Shown here: positions 35,185 through 47,789 of the stretch, one piece after another
Position numbering within the stretch: position 1 is the stretch's first letter
Layout of the letters: every line of letters begins with the position of its first letter
NCBI GenBank assembly: GCA_965235115.1
Contig: OZ249440.1
Location: forward strand, 35,466,001 to 35,530,000
DNA: 64,000 nt
Direction of reading: 5' to 3'
From: Laetmonice hystrix
Taxonomy: Eukaryota
The notes under the pieces: model-generated
What the model was told of the DNA's origin: nothing
Databases searched by the model: none
What the model saw: only the letters and a program-made list of their open reading frames with translations
Position numbers and translations under genes: made by a program

Positions 35185-38100
35185 TCTCTCGCGGGCGGGC
35201 GGGCGGGCGTCCGGGGGCGCCGTTTCCTGCGTGTAGTGGACGCTCCGCGCTCCCCCTGCTCGCGGCAGTGCCAGGTACAGCACACGACCGGGGCAGTGGG
35301 CGGCGTCCATGGGGCGAGGGAGCGACTTGCTCACTGTGTGCTCAGTGACCATGACTGACCGATCGCTGGTGCCCTACATTATTGCCTGCACGTTAACGCT
35401 CCTCCTGGTTTACAAACACGTTTTCATTGTATGTGTACATGTTATTGCACGAGTTGTTTTCTTCTGTTTGGTACACCTTGACACTGTTAACGACTAAGAA
35501 AAACATGTTTTCCTTTTATGTGTGTGATGTGGATAATCTGATTTCTTCTATTTGGTACACTTTTGTAATGAAACTGATCTATTTGCAATGTGAAGTAAAT
35601 ATGCAAGATGAAGTTGTGCTGGTACATTATACAATGTGTGTGTGCATTGTAAAGTTTCATGTGTGTATTGTAAAGTTTCATGTGGTGACCGTTATGGTAA
35701 TAATACAGCTCAGTCTGCACGATACAGATACACTGAATATAGACCGAAGCTTGTGGTTTGGAAATTATGCCACGGTCTGATTTACTAACCACAAATATAC
35801 ATCTCGCAGACGCACTAAATGATTCTGACTATGTACCACCGTTTATACAACTTGACGAAAATGAATTTATTGAATTGTTTGCAAGGAATTCCTGCACCGA
35901 TGAATCCACTATTATGCTTAATGAAACTGAAATGAACTTGTCTATAATTGAAAACGAGAATGAAATATTTTACGAAAATTGTGCAATTGATCCCGACTTG
36001 AACATATATAACAACGGATGCAACATATGTGATTATGCGTTGCCCGATAATGATGTAAACCGGTTATTAGACGGTCACCTAAACATAACTCTTTTGAATA
36101 TCAGAAGTCTGCCACGAAATTATGATGCCTTTATTGAATTTATCAATCCTATGTTATCGAAGATGTGTTTTATAATACTGACTGAAACATGGTTTAATGA
36201 GATTAATGTTGACATATATAAGCTTCCGGGTTTTAAGGGTGTTCATAATTTCCGCACAAGGAAAAAAGGCGGTGGAGTCTCTATTTTTGTTAAAAATACC
36301 TTAACATTTAACATAATCAAAAAGTTAAATATCATGAATGTGGATTATGAATTTCTTTTCATTAAGGTGAAAAAACAACAAATTAATTATCACAAAGATC
36401 TTATTATCGGAGCGGTATATAGACCCCCGAATGGTGACCTCGATAACTTTTTCGCGAAGGTCACACAGGTGTATGACAGTATGCAAATGGATCAGCTACT
36501 ATGTTATACTGCGGGTGACTTTAACATTGACCTTTTGCAGGCCACCAAAAGCAAGACCGTCCGAATGTTTATTGATTTAATGGCGTCTTATACACTCCTA
36601 CCTTTAATAACGAAACCAACTAGAGTCACTCCGACAACTGCTACTATTATAGACAACATATTTACTAATGAACAAACAGTGAAACATGAGTCCTTCATTT
36701 TACCTACAGACATTTCTGATCATTATACTATAATTGCTAATAAAGCATATTGTGATGAAGAAGATTGGACACAGATTCTGCTTATGTCGGACACTCAGAG
36801 TGCTTACTCATCACTTCACAACTTAATTGATAAAAATTTTCAAAAGTCATTTCCAATTATTGAATTAAAGAAAACCTATATGAACAGGCTTCCCTGGATA
36901 TCAACGGAACTAAAGAAAGAAATAAAATATAAGAATTGGTTGTACATTAAGTCAATTAGGGTACCGTCTCAGATAAATAATGTAAAATACAAAGAAGCTA
37001 AGAAAAAACTTACTAAGAAATTGTGGAGAGCAAAGAACGATTACTATGATAATAAAATTGAAAGGCAAAACAAAGATCCTAAACGTTACTGGAATGTTAT
37101 TAAAGAGATTATGGGACTTGAAACTTCAGATGAGTATTCGAATTATTTCCTTTTGAATGATGAGATGATACATGAGGACAAGAAAATAGCTGACTGCTTT
37201 AATCAATTTTTTGTAAATGTAGGTCCTTGCCTAGCAGATAAAACTCCACGTTCACAAGGTACTTATACGCACTCAATATTTATAATCCCTACAGATCATC
37301 AAGAGGTACTAAGAACTATAAGTAATCTCAAAAACACTGCTCCAGGTATGGATGGTTATACGCTGAAAATTATCAAAAGAATTCAAAATCTAATCATACC
37401 GATCATATGTCATATCATTAATTTATCTTTTGAAACTGGAATTATCCCATCAGAGATCAAAACGGCTAGATGTAAACCATTATATAAAGCAGATGATCCT
37501 CATCTATTCACAAACTACAGACCCATATCGATTCTCCCTATCATATCCAAAATATTTGAAAAGCTTATGCATAAAAGACTCTATAATTTCCTTCAAAAGC
37601 ATAATGTTTTATATACATATCAATATGGCTTTCGTCCCAACCACTCAACAGAATTAGCATTGATAACCCTAAATGATATAATAACAAAAGCCTTCGATCA
37701 AAATAATATTGCCATTGGTATATTCCTAGATTTTTCCAAAGCCTTTGACACCGTAAATTTTGATATACTTCTCAATAAGTTAAACCATTATGGAATCAAT
37801 AATAACAAGTCCGCATCCTTAAAATTAAACACTGGAGTGCCTCAAGGCTCAATTCTCGGACCCCTCCTGTTCCTAATTTATATTAATGACATTATGCATA
37901 TTTCTAATTTACTAATGCCAATCTTATATGCGGATGACACAAGTGGACTTCTTCGAGGAAAGACACTCGATGGTATTATTAATCAAGCAAATAGAGAGTT
38001 AGAAAAAATATATGACTGGCTTAATGCTAATAAATTATCTATAAACATTAAAAAGTCAAAATACATTATATTCTCCAAGAAGAAAATCCGTGAAAACTGT

Positions 38101-38909
38101 CCTTCTCTCAATATTAACGGTATTCCGATTGAGCGAGTTAGAACATACAAATTTCTTGGTTATATAATAGACGAAAAACTTTCATGGATGGACCATTTAA
38201 ACTATATATCAAATAAAATAGCAAAATCATGCGGTGTCATACAAAAAATACGCAGGAGCATAAGCCAGCATTCTCTATTATCAATTTACTATGCCTTGGT
38301 ACAAAGTTATCTCATAAACGGGATCACAGTATGGGGATCTACATGCAAATGTCACCTACAATCTGTTATTAAGCTTCAAAAGAGATGTATTAGGTCCATA
38401 ACTCTATCCCCAAGTAGATCACCTTCTTTATATCTCTTTAAAAAATTAAAGATTCTTCCTATTAACCAACTCTATTCTTTTAGATGTGCCCTTCTCATGC
38501 ATAAAGTACACCATGGAAAAGTTCCTAATGTCATAGACGACCTATTTGAAAGAAATGAAGCCCAAGTCACCAGACAGCGATATTTCTTTAAAGTTCCTAA
38601 ATCATCATGTTCCACTTTTGAAAATTCTATTGCCATACAGGAACCAAAAATTTATCATTCTTTTTTCAACAACATTAATATCAACTGTTCCATTCACACA
38701 TATGCCAAACAGTTAAAAGAATATTATATTTTGAATTTATAAATTTGATCTTTACCAACAAACTTTGTATATATGTTGCTATATAGTTGTATCTATATTT
38801 CCGTCCTATGTTAAAAACCTTATTTGATGCGAGAATATATAAGCCCTTATTGGCTTCTTCTCTTACCGCTGTTATAATGTACTTTGAAATGATGAAATAA
38901 AGAATTTAA
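35185..38909 (+). mobile_element. L2/CR1-group LINE nested in the Nimb RT
   Basis: GC-rich 5' end, single APE-RT ORF, AATAAA near the 3' end; host sequence rejoins as GRST|TNHLIRLE. Confidence 0.88.
35758..38742 (+). CDS. AP endonuclease-reverse transcriptase polyprotein (open frame, apparently with in-frame deletions)
   Basis: LNIRSL, LTETW, GGGVSIFV, YRPPN, GDFNIDL, SDHY; NYRPISILP, QYGFR, FLDFSKAFDTV, GVPQGSILGPLLFLIYIND, YADDT, KFLG; first ATG at 35767. Confidence 0.85.
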   Translation: MEIMPRSDLLTTNIHLADALNDSDYVPPFIQLDENEFIELFARNSCTDESTIMLNETEMNLSIIENENEIFYENCAIDPDLNIYNNGCNICDYALPDNDVNRLLDGHLNITLLNIRSLPRNYDAFIEFINPMLSKMCFIILTETWFNEINVDIYKLPGFKGVHNFRTRKKGGGVSIFVKNTLTFNIIKKLNIMNVDYEFLFIKVKKQQINYHKDLIIGAVYRPPNGDLDNFFAKVTQVYDSMQMDQLLCYTAGDFNIDLLQATKSKTVRMFIDLMASYTLLPLITKPTRVTPTTATIIDNIFTNEQTVKHESFILPTDISDHYTIIANKAYCDEEDWTQILLMSDTQSAYSSLHNLIDKNFQKSFPIIELKKTYMNRLPWISTELKKEIKYKNWLYIKSIRVPSQINNVKYKEAKKKLTKKLWRAKNDYYDNKIERQNKDPKRYWNVIKEIMGLETSDEYSNYFLLNDEMIHEDKKIADCFNQFFVNVGPCLADKTPRSQGTYTHSIFIIPTDHQEVLRTISNLKNTAPGMDGYTLKIIKRIQNLIIPIICHIINLSFETGIIPSEIKTARCKPLYKADDPHLFTNYRPISILPIISKIFEKLMHKRLYNFLQKHNVLYTYQYGFRPNHSTELALITLNDIITKAFDQNNIAIGIFLDFSKAFDTVNFDILLNKLNHYGINNNKSASLKLNTGVPQGSILGPLLFLIYINDIMHISNLLMPILYADDTSGLLRGKTLDGIINQANRELEKIYDWLNANKLSINIKKSKYIIFSKKKIRENCPSLNINGIPIERVRTYKFLGYIIDEKLSWMDHLNYISNKIAKSCGVIQKIRRSISQHSLLSIYYALVQSYLINGITVWGSTCKCHLQSVIKLQKRCIRSITLSPSRSPSLYLFKKLKILPINQLYSFRCALLMHKVHHGKVPNVIDDLFERNEAQVTRQRYFFKVPKSSCSTFENSIAIQEPKIYHSFFNNININCSIHTYAKQLKEYYILNL

Positions 38910-40914
38910 ACAACCAACCATCTAATCAGACTCGAGACATACATCCGAGATGCTTTTATCAACCGTGAACATGTTGTTGCCGTCTTTTTCGACCTAGAAA
39001 AGGCATACGACACAACATGGAAGTACGGCATTTTAAAGGATTTACATGATATGGGTTTTAGGGGCGTTTGCCCCTTTTCATATCTCAGTTTTTATCCAAC
39101 AGACATTTTCAAGTCAGAGTAGGCACGACCCTGTCTGACTTGCACGACCAAGAATTAGGTGTGCCTCAGGGAAGCATTTTGTCCGTTACCCTTTTTAGTA
39201 TTAAGATCAACAGCATTGTTAACTCGGTTAAAACTGGCATGCCCTGCAGCCTGTTCGTCGATGACTGTGACGTCTGCTGCAGAGGCAAAAACATGAATGC
39301 CATTGAGAGGCAGCTCCAACTCTGTCTCAACAGAATCCACACTTGGTCGGTGGAAAATGGTTTTAAATTTTCAAAATCTAAAACGGTCTGCATGCATTTC
39401 TGCAAACTGCGTGCTTTCCACCTTGACCCCGAGTTGACAATGGATGGAGATCCTATCAAGGTTGTTAAAGAGACAAAGTTTCTGGGACTCACTTTTGACA
39501 GCAAGCTGTCTTTTATCCCTCACATTAAATCCCTCAAATCCAGATGCCTTAAGGCTCTGGATGTTCTCAAGGTTTTATCTGGCACAAACTGGGGGGCAGA
39601 CAGTACAGTCCTTTTACAACTGTACAGAGCTTTAATCCGGTCGAAGCTCGCTTACGGTAGCATAGTTTATGGTTCTGCTTGTAAGTCTTACATTCGGCTT
39701 TTGGACACGGTTCACCACCAGGGTTTGCGGCTTTCACTTGGGGCTTTTAGAACGTCCCCTGTTCAGAGCCTCTATGTGGAGGCCCGAGAGCCATCGCTTG
39801 ACAACAGGCGTCTGAAGCTGGCTCTGCAGTATGCAGTCAAGCTCGGGACAAACAGTTCAAATCTAGCTTACAATTGCGTTTTTCACCCTCAGTTCCAACA
39901 TTTATATGAAAGAAAGGAAACGTACATACGTCCTTTTGGACTGAGGGTGAAACCTCATCTAGAGGAACTGGATATTGATCTGAACGTCCTGGGGCAGACA
40001 CACTTTTGCAACATTCCTCCTTGGGACCTGGAAAAGCCTGACGTCATCCTTCAGTTGGCTCAACTGAAGAAGTCAGAGACCCATCCCCTGACATATTTTG
40101 AACATTTTCTTGGCGTCCAGGCAAGGTACCCCTCACATTATGCCTTCTATACAGATGGCTCAAAGGATGGCAGTGATGTGTTTGCGGCTGCAGTTCATGG
40201 CAAGCACAACTTCGGCACCCGCATCTCAGGGCAAAGTTCCATCTTCTTAGCAGAGGCCCGGGCCCTGCTTCTTGCCCTTGAAAATATTGAAGTTTCTAGT
40301 GAAAAGGATTTCCTTATTTTCTCGGATTCCTTATCCTGTCTGCAAGCACTTGCTAACTTGAACACAGATCACCCGGTGATCGTTCAAATCTTGTCCAAGT
40401 TGGTAGTGCTTGCCAATGCAAACTTTGATATTCACTTTTGCTGGGTGCCTGGGCATGTTGGTATCCCAGGCAATGAGCAAGCTGACAGAACTGCCAAGAG
40501 GGCTCTTGAAACAGACGTCGAACTGTGTCCAATCCCAGCCTCTGACCTCAGACCTACCATCTGGGCATACATTAAGAACAACCAAACAATAAATTGTACC
40601 AGATCAGTCCTGTCGTGAACCAAAGGTGTCTTCACAGCCTAACCCAACGTACGCATGAAATTGTTTATACTCGATGCAGGATTGGTCATTCTAGATTAAC
40701 ATACGTGTTTTTATTCAAGGGGGAGCCACCTCCAGAGTGTCATGGCTGTCAGTGTCCTTTGACACTGAAGCATCTTTTACTTGAGTGTGGTGATTTTACT
40801 CTGATCAGACAACGGTTTTATAGTGAGACAAGTCTTAAGGATCTTTTTAACAATGTCAGACCAGGAGTGATTTTAGAGTTTTTGTCAGAAGCTGGACTTC
40901 TGACTCTTTTATAG
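38910..40914 (+). pseudogene. Nimb ORF2, 3' part (RT, RNase H, C-terminal zinc finger), frameshifted
   Basis: FFDLEKAYDTTW, GVPQGSILS, FVDD, YTDGSK, FSDSLS, WVPGHVGIPGNEQAD, CHGCQCPLTLKHLLLEC; frameshifts near 39060 and 40580. Confidence 0.92.
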
Positions 40915-41099
40915 TTCAGGCTCGTCGATGGCCCGGTTGGGCTGACAGGATGGAGTGTGTTTTAATGATATTCCCGTTGGGGCCCGGGATAAAATAGGTT
41001 CCTTTCATTTCATGGTCTTTTTAACCCTGTTTTCGCCGTGAAGATGGCCCCAGATGCCGGCACGGCGGAAAACCACCACTACTCACTCACTCACTCACT

Positions 41100-43440
41100 A
41101 GTATCACTTGTAACCCCCTGCTCATTGTGTACTTTCATTGGGATATCTTTATTTTTCTGAGGCCCTAATCTCTTAATATTGTCCCAAAACTGTTTAGGGT
41201 CCTTAACATTGAATTCTTCTATTTGGTCAGCCAGAGACCTATTGTAAGATCGCTCAGCATCACGAAGTGCCTTATCGAAAGCGTGACGTTTACTAAGAAA
41301 TACTTCTCTCAAGGTATGGCGGGAAGACGACGATCTATTACATTGCCTAACAGCTTTTTCACTGGCGGCCATATCTGTCCATAGTGCTGTCAGATGGTCA
41401 TCCCAAAAGGGTTTATAATTCTTAAATTTCTTCCTTGATGTTTTACTCATAATTTTATAATTCAGGTGTGCGTCCATTTCAGAAAAAATACTATTACACA
41501 ATTCATCATATAGGGAATCAAAAAGCTCTTGCACATTTTCCATATTTGCTATTCTTTCTATAAGTTCATCACATACACGGCCCCAAAAGGGGAAAGCCAT
41601 AAGCGTACTAGGTATATTATCATAAACGTAACGTTTTTGTCTAGCAGATTGTACCGTAACATCTGGGTCTGCAGTACCCGTAGAGGCATTTGTGTGGCAC
41701 CCTGGTACATAATGAGGGGTAAAATCATACGTGAGAGTCAACAGGGAGTGGTCCGGCGTCCGGCAGTTCTCTCCCATTAACCCTATTAGATTCATGGATG
41801 ATATGAGATCCTGAGTCAATTGTACTTCACATTTCATACAGTTTGACACACAATCCTGTGGAACAGTAAAATAGTCAACAACAGCGCACCCTTTGGTAGA
41901 CACAGAAGTGTAGTTATCGAGATGAGGAGTTACCCGCCCATTTACAATACAATGCTTACATTCTATCAGGAAGTCAATGAAACAGTCACCATGGTTATTT
42001 TTATTTCGCGGGTCCCTAGATACCCGTGTGGGGAGAGAGTCTACCCCATCAACAAAGTCCTTCATATTAGCTGTCTTACTGTTCATATCACCACATATGA
42101 AAATACAATCAACGTAATTATGTACATATATTTGGCCCAACAGATGACCGAAAAAGCCCACGCCATCCCTCCCCCACGGGGAGTCCTCCGGTGGCAGGTA
42201 ACATCCAAACACAATGAAATTATACTGCAGAGATTTATGTTCAAACAATAGCCCAAAGATCCAATCAAAGGACTTATCATGGATGGTGTATGGGACATAC
42301 AGTGAATCTTTAACAAATATCCCAACACCGCCGTGCCGCCTGTAGGCATTTCGGTGCTGACTGAATCTGCAGTGGCCTAGCCAAGTGTAGCCAAGTCCGA
42401 CCATTATTATCGAGATGAGTTTCTATAATCACAATAATATCACTATTAATGTGTTCCAATACGGATTGGCGAAGTATTGAGTTAGCTGGATTCCAACCAT
42501 TAACGTTCCACTGAGATATGGTGACCAGTCCGGGCTGGGTGTCCCCCTACTCCGAGCCAGTCGGAGGGTGCCCTGATCAGCTGAGCGTGGTGCCACATTA
42601 GCTCGATGCTGCGGTTCGTCAGTCTGACCCTGAGAGCGCTCACGTGGTACCAATCGGCCATTGCCGGTCACACGGAATTGCCTAGTAATCTGGAGGTGTT
42701 CGAGCAGTGTCTGGAAATTCAGTCTCATAAGCCTGTCCGTGTGTCCCTCTGACGATCTTATATATAAATTCTTATATGCTGACTTTGCCCTCAAACCCAT
42801 CTTCGCACGTAACACAACTTTCTTGCCATCCAAGTTAGCAAATTCCACCTTAACCAGGCCCGGGCTCTGTCCTCTCCCCTTTAGCCTTGTCACCGCTACT
42901 GCATCAATACCTGGCAGCTCCAAACCCTGCGTGATTATGTTATCAACCTTCTCACGAAGCTGTATATTTGTTTCTTCCCTTTCAAGTTGAGGTAGGTTAG
43001 CAATGATGATGGTAACATCAGGGGCAAATGGTTCAGGAGACTAAGGTGTGGTATTGCGCGTCTCAATTGCCTCCAAACGTGCGGACACTCTTGCAATCTC
43101 AATGAAAACATCTTCCCTGACTTTGGTGATTTCTGATTTCAGTAAATGCTTGAGTTCACCCTGGTTGGCGTCGATTTTTGCAAGTATTTGGCGCTGACTA
43201 TCCTGGATCTGTTTCTGTAGTTGAGTTAGCCAGGCCGGAGCGTCTCGGTCCTTTGTGACTGCGGCGGCTCCCTGGGCCTCAGCTATGGTGTCGGTTGACT
43301 CGACTAGTCACGCTTGACCGCCTGCTGTCCGTGGCGGCCATGCTGGTGTTAGTCTGATCTTTGTTGTTGTTCAGAATTTCTTCAGAATTCGGCCTCCTCG
43401 TTCTCGGCATCTCTAGACAGCGGTGTTATCCAAGTCACCA
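41100..43440 (-). mobile_element. CR1-like LINE, 5' half (degenerate ORF1 plus APE domain), truncated before RT
   Basis: Minus strand SWNVNGW..IIETHL (about 42515-42415), GGVGIFVK, CYLPPEDSPWGRD, CGDMNSKT, NGRV, AVVDYF, PDHSLL; ORF1-like PGLVKVEF..LYIRSSEGHTDRLMRLNF at 42429-42923 with a coiled-coil-like region upstream. Confidence 0.85.
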
Positions 43441-43468
43441 CGTATTCATACACATATATCCCGTTGTA

Positions 43469-43523
43469 TAGGTTGGTTTGTAATTGGGGTTTTACGCCGT
43501 CACGGTCTGACACCAACACGCTC
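43469..43523 (-). mobile_element. 3' tail fragment of a SINE or LINE
   Basis: Minus strand ...GACGGCGTAAAACCCCAATTACAAACCAACC resembles the Nimb-type end (ACGGCGGAAAACCACC) seen at 41062-41078. Confidence 0.4.
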
Positions 43524-44574
43524 CTACACCGCCTCCGTTTCGTTCCCCCTATAACTATATAACCCCACGAATTGTTTCCATATGGGCCAAACCTCCCCAC
43601 ACCCCTCCAGCACCCCCACCCCCACCCCCACCTATTAAGATTGATAATATTCATATAGGCCTAATATTATGAATGTATATTTGTTACCTCACTGCTGTAT
43701 CACTTAACTCTAACCCCACAAATTGTTTCCGCATATCGACCAACCTCTCTGCCCCCGACCCAGGTTATTAACGTGGCCCCGGCGAGAAGTCGGGTTCGCC
43801 AGGAGATTGGAAATACTACTAACCCTATCCTTAACCTTAACTCTAACCCCACAAATTGTTTCCATATCGGCCAAACCTCCCCACACTTCTCCAGCCCCCC
43901 CCCCCCGCCCAGTCTATTAACATGGCTGCCGTTCTGCCCAAGCCTACGTACAGGTTACGTCAACCGAGTGTCGTCGGTGTCGGGGTCGGCTGTCGGAAGT
44001 CTCCCTGCCAGTCCAGTCAATCCTCCGAACCCCGCCCCCTCCCCTCCCCAGCCCTCCCTCCCCCCACCACCCCTACCCGCCCCAGGCCTACGTATGTCGA
44101 CTAAGTGTCGTCGGTGTCGGCTGTCGGTATAAGTCCACCAAGACAAGTCCCAACCCGGATATATCGATTAACCTACAAACATATCCGATTAATATTAGGC
44201 CTATCTAATAAGCACTAAGTGTCGGTGTCGGTACGGTAACCTAATCCCAACCCGTGTGTTCTTGCTTCTTGCATCCGTCAAGTGTCATCGGTGTCGGCTG
44301 TCGGTAGGTACAGATCTAGCTCCTATCGCTACCGACCAACGAAGCCGCCCTTGCAGTTCCGCCCGGGCCCACAGTTGATTCAAATAGGCAAAATTAATAG
44401 ATATGAAATAGTGATATGCTATATTGATATCCCATACATTTACCATTATACATTATACCAGGACCTCTCCATGGTGTCGGTTCGGTCGGCCAGACATATA
44501 GGGGGAGGGGGGCGGGGTTGCACGTACCTGCACCCACCCACCCCACACCCACCCCCAGATCCGCCACTGTCGGT

Positions 44575-45366
44575 TCAGCCGTCCAGATATATACTGGGGC
44601 GAGTAGCGGCCTTCTCGGCAATAAAACAATTATGTTGCAGCATCCCCCGGATATCTTCCCCATCATCGTAGCATTCCAACATTAGGGCTGCTGTGCAGAA
44701 CCAAAGTTTCTCCACGGTGAGGAACCTATCCCGTTCTTCTCTTAGAAGGAAGCGGCTAAGCTTAAACTTACGTCTCACTGAGTGACTAGCTGCCGGTGTC
44801 CGACCGCTGCTGCGCTGCCTGAGGCGATCGGGCGAGGAATCGTCTTCTGATGACGACGAGGGCTCTCGTCGAACCCGGGGTTGGTCACGCGTCTCCGGAT
44901 CCTTGTTTTCCAGTACCTTTAGCAGCAGCAGTTCAATGTTCCCAAGTCTCGCTGAAGTCTGTTGCGTATCGTTGGCTAGTGACTGTATGTCCCCTTGCAT
45001 GGCGGCCATTTCCTTCTCCAGTCTACTACGTCTGGTATCGCCCGTTGCCCCCCATGCTTGTTTAGAGGGGTCATCGAGCTGCAGTTGCTGGAGTTGTTCT
45101 GTAACCTGTCGCGCTGTTTAGGTGCTGTGCCAGCTACCACTTTTAGCTGTTACATGTACCTCTAACACTGATTTCGGGTCGACAATGCTGTCGTCCGAGG
45201 CACCGTCGCACCCTGAGCTTACCGAGCCGTGGTCGTGGACAGGATCATTTCGCACCTTTCAATTCAGTCCGCCAGAGTTCATTTCACACTTTCGTCCTGT
45301 TGGGGCGCCATGTCTTGTGTTGCACGCCGAACACAGTTTCTTTTGCAGTTTCTTTTGCTTACCCAT
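44575..45366 (-). pseudogene. gag-like ORF1 remnant, probably of a DIRS/PAT-type tyrosine-recombinase retrotransposon
   Basis: N-terminal CSACNTRHGAPTGRKC, coiled-coil and Ser-rich linker, then GMLQHNCFIAEKAAT; no RT or recombinase seen. Confidence 0.45.
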
Positions 45367-46972
45367 TGGAGGATTGAAAACCACAAAAAGAAAGAGAACA
45401 CCACAAAAACAATAACTAATCCATGCCTCGTCGGTGTCCACTGTGGTCACTGTCGTCGCCATGGGAGCGTGGTTTCCCGCGCTCCCGCCACTCCCTCTGG
45501 TGGCCTTGCATATAACTATCTCAGCACCTGTGTGCTGAGATAAGTAATTATAAGGTTCTCCCAGTCTAACTGGTTGAGTACAAGTTGGTGACATGAAGAT
45601 GATGTTACTAAAGTATTAGGAGGTTCTCCCAGTCTAGCTGGTTGAGTACAAGATGAAGATGATGTTAAGAACGTCCTCTGGTGGTCTATGCTGGCGAGTT
45701 TTACCTCCACTTCTTACCTAGAAGAAAGATGAATGGCCATGATGCTAGGATGGCCTGTTGCATAGCAAGATTTAAAAATGTGTCTCAATGACATGACTTG
45801 GATTGCCACTGTTATTGTAGTACAGCATGTTGATTACACATGGTCTCTGCCTAAGTTGTCATGGTTACCCATAGGGGTAAGCTTGAAGCCCTGAACTGTA
45901 AAATAGTAGTTGAAATCTGTATTATTTATAGATCAGGAACAATGAGAGTGTCATTAATAAGTCAATGGATAAGGATGTTTATGAGGACATGTAAACACTT
46001 TTCCCTTGGCACCACCCACAATTCCTTCCTCCCTTTTCCTGCCCCTTTCTGCCCTCGACCACATCACTACCGTTACAATACATTGCAACAGCAACACAGG
46101 TACAGTAACTTATTATTTTCTCTATAATTTTCCTAACACCTATTTAGATTTCTGCACCTCAGTCATGACGTACAGTGGTTCATTTCTCTGAAAATGTTCG
46201 TTTCTTTGGTTTCTTTTAAGTATGAAAGCAGGATGTGGGAAAACAAAGATTAAAGCCTAGGAAATGTTACCTCAGTGCTAGTGCATACAGTTAGCAGTTT
46301 ATTATTAATCACTCATTTCGAAGTTAGCGGTAACACTGCTGTTGCAGAAATACAACCATTTTTACCAGAGCTGTACTATCGTGAAAATGTATGCATAATT
46401 TGTTAAACTGTTTTGAAGGAAGTCAGTTCCACTTAGTAATTAATTTCCTTTCTTTGTATTCATTAAAATTTCAGCTTAAGAATGTTGGCGAGACAGAGCT
46501 CAGTTGGGTAATAAAGCATCAAGGACATTCCATGAACCTGCATAATACCCACGACCGGAACCTGAGTGGTGTCATTGAACATGCAAAGGTGGCAACGCTC
46601 TTGGTCCTTGCCGACGGTGGAAGGGTCGGTCAGCATATGGGCAAGTCCCTTGAAGACCTTACCTATCAAGGTATGTCTATTTGAAATTCTTGTCTTGTAT
46701 TCTGTGGACTGACTTAATAATACATGTATTCTTGTCTTGTATTCTGTGAACTGACTTAATAATACATGTATGTATATGGACCCCATTACACGTATTTAAA
46801 TGTTAAAATGTTCAATTTTATTTGTAAGTCAAACTTTCTTTGTTCAGTGTACAGCATTTTAGTTTCTAGCATGTACTTGATAGGTCATAGCATATTTTAT
46901 TTTTTAAAAACATGTACATATTAAATTTAATATGTACATTTAAAATATTCTACGTCAGTAACAGAAGTGTGA

Positions 46973-47251
46973 AGTTAGCTACTGGTTACTTGTTGCAGAT
47001 TCGATTTTCTAATAGGGACGTAGACAGACCTTAGTACCCGACTAGGTGGCTCGCCCAATAGACCACCCCATTTAGATCCCCCAAATGAAATTGTCAGGGG
47101 ACCAGTCAGGGGACCATGCCAGGGCCTGGACTATGTGGTACAGCCGTCCACTTGTCCCAATCTCTCGGAAGTCTCGTTCAGGGCGGTCTTCAGTGAGCCC
47201 AATTACCGCACTGGATCAAAAAAAATCGAAACCAGTAACCAGTAGCTAACT
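46973..47251. mobile_element. Degenerate MITE
   Basis: 18-bp inverted repeat AGTTAGCTACTGGTTACT / AGTAACCAGTAGCTAACT; the left flank AGTGTGAAGTTAG matches the foldback terminus at 47701. Confidence 0.55.
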
Positions 47252-47789
47252 GCTGTCTAACTGCTAACATCACTGCTGTCAGTAACCATCTTGTGGAGCA
47301 CTCGCTCCAATTTACTTATTGGAAGACAGCCTGTGAATACAGTGATGTAGGTATGGGATTAATTGGTACGACTTGCAGGGGGTGCTGCAATATCACAGCA
47401 AGTCAGTCCGGGTCCTTGTGGGTTCCTTATCCCAAGAATTATTATTATTTAAGATAGGTGTTAACGGTACGCATAACAGGTCAAAAGAAATTAGGAATGC
47501 ACATGCACAGACCACCAAGTGGTACTAAAGTTGTCTAAATCACTCAATTGACCAACTTAATTTTCTGTGTAGAAGGGAGGACATTGTGAAAATTGGTTTT
47601 ATAATTTTTTAGAAAATACATCCTGCTAACGTTTTAAAATAGCCAGACCTTCTTCAACCCCACATGGTGGCCTGTCCATGTGGAATCCAATTTTTTAAGC
47701 AGTGTGAAGTTAGGATCTGGTTCACGGTACACGGTTCACGATTCGCGAACGCAGGATCTGATTCGCCACCTAGGATACGATTCGCAATT

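Larger units (their letters stand above)
31715..41099 (+). mobile_element. Near full-length Nimb/I-group non-LTR retrotransposon, interrupted by a nested LINE
   Basis: 5' UTR from CCCCGTGGGG, gag-like ORF1, APE-RT-RNase H-zinc finger ORF2, (ACTC)n tail at 41081-41099. Confidence 0.92.

Noticed and set aside
46686..46770. 42-bp tandem duplication (similar short ones at about 9288/9397, 10178/10225 and 60945-61020)
   Set aside because: Ordinary local slippage or duplication with no further structure
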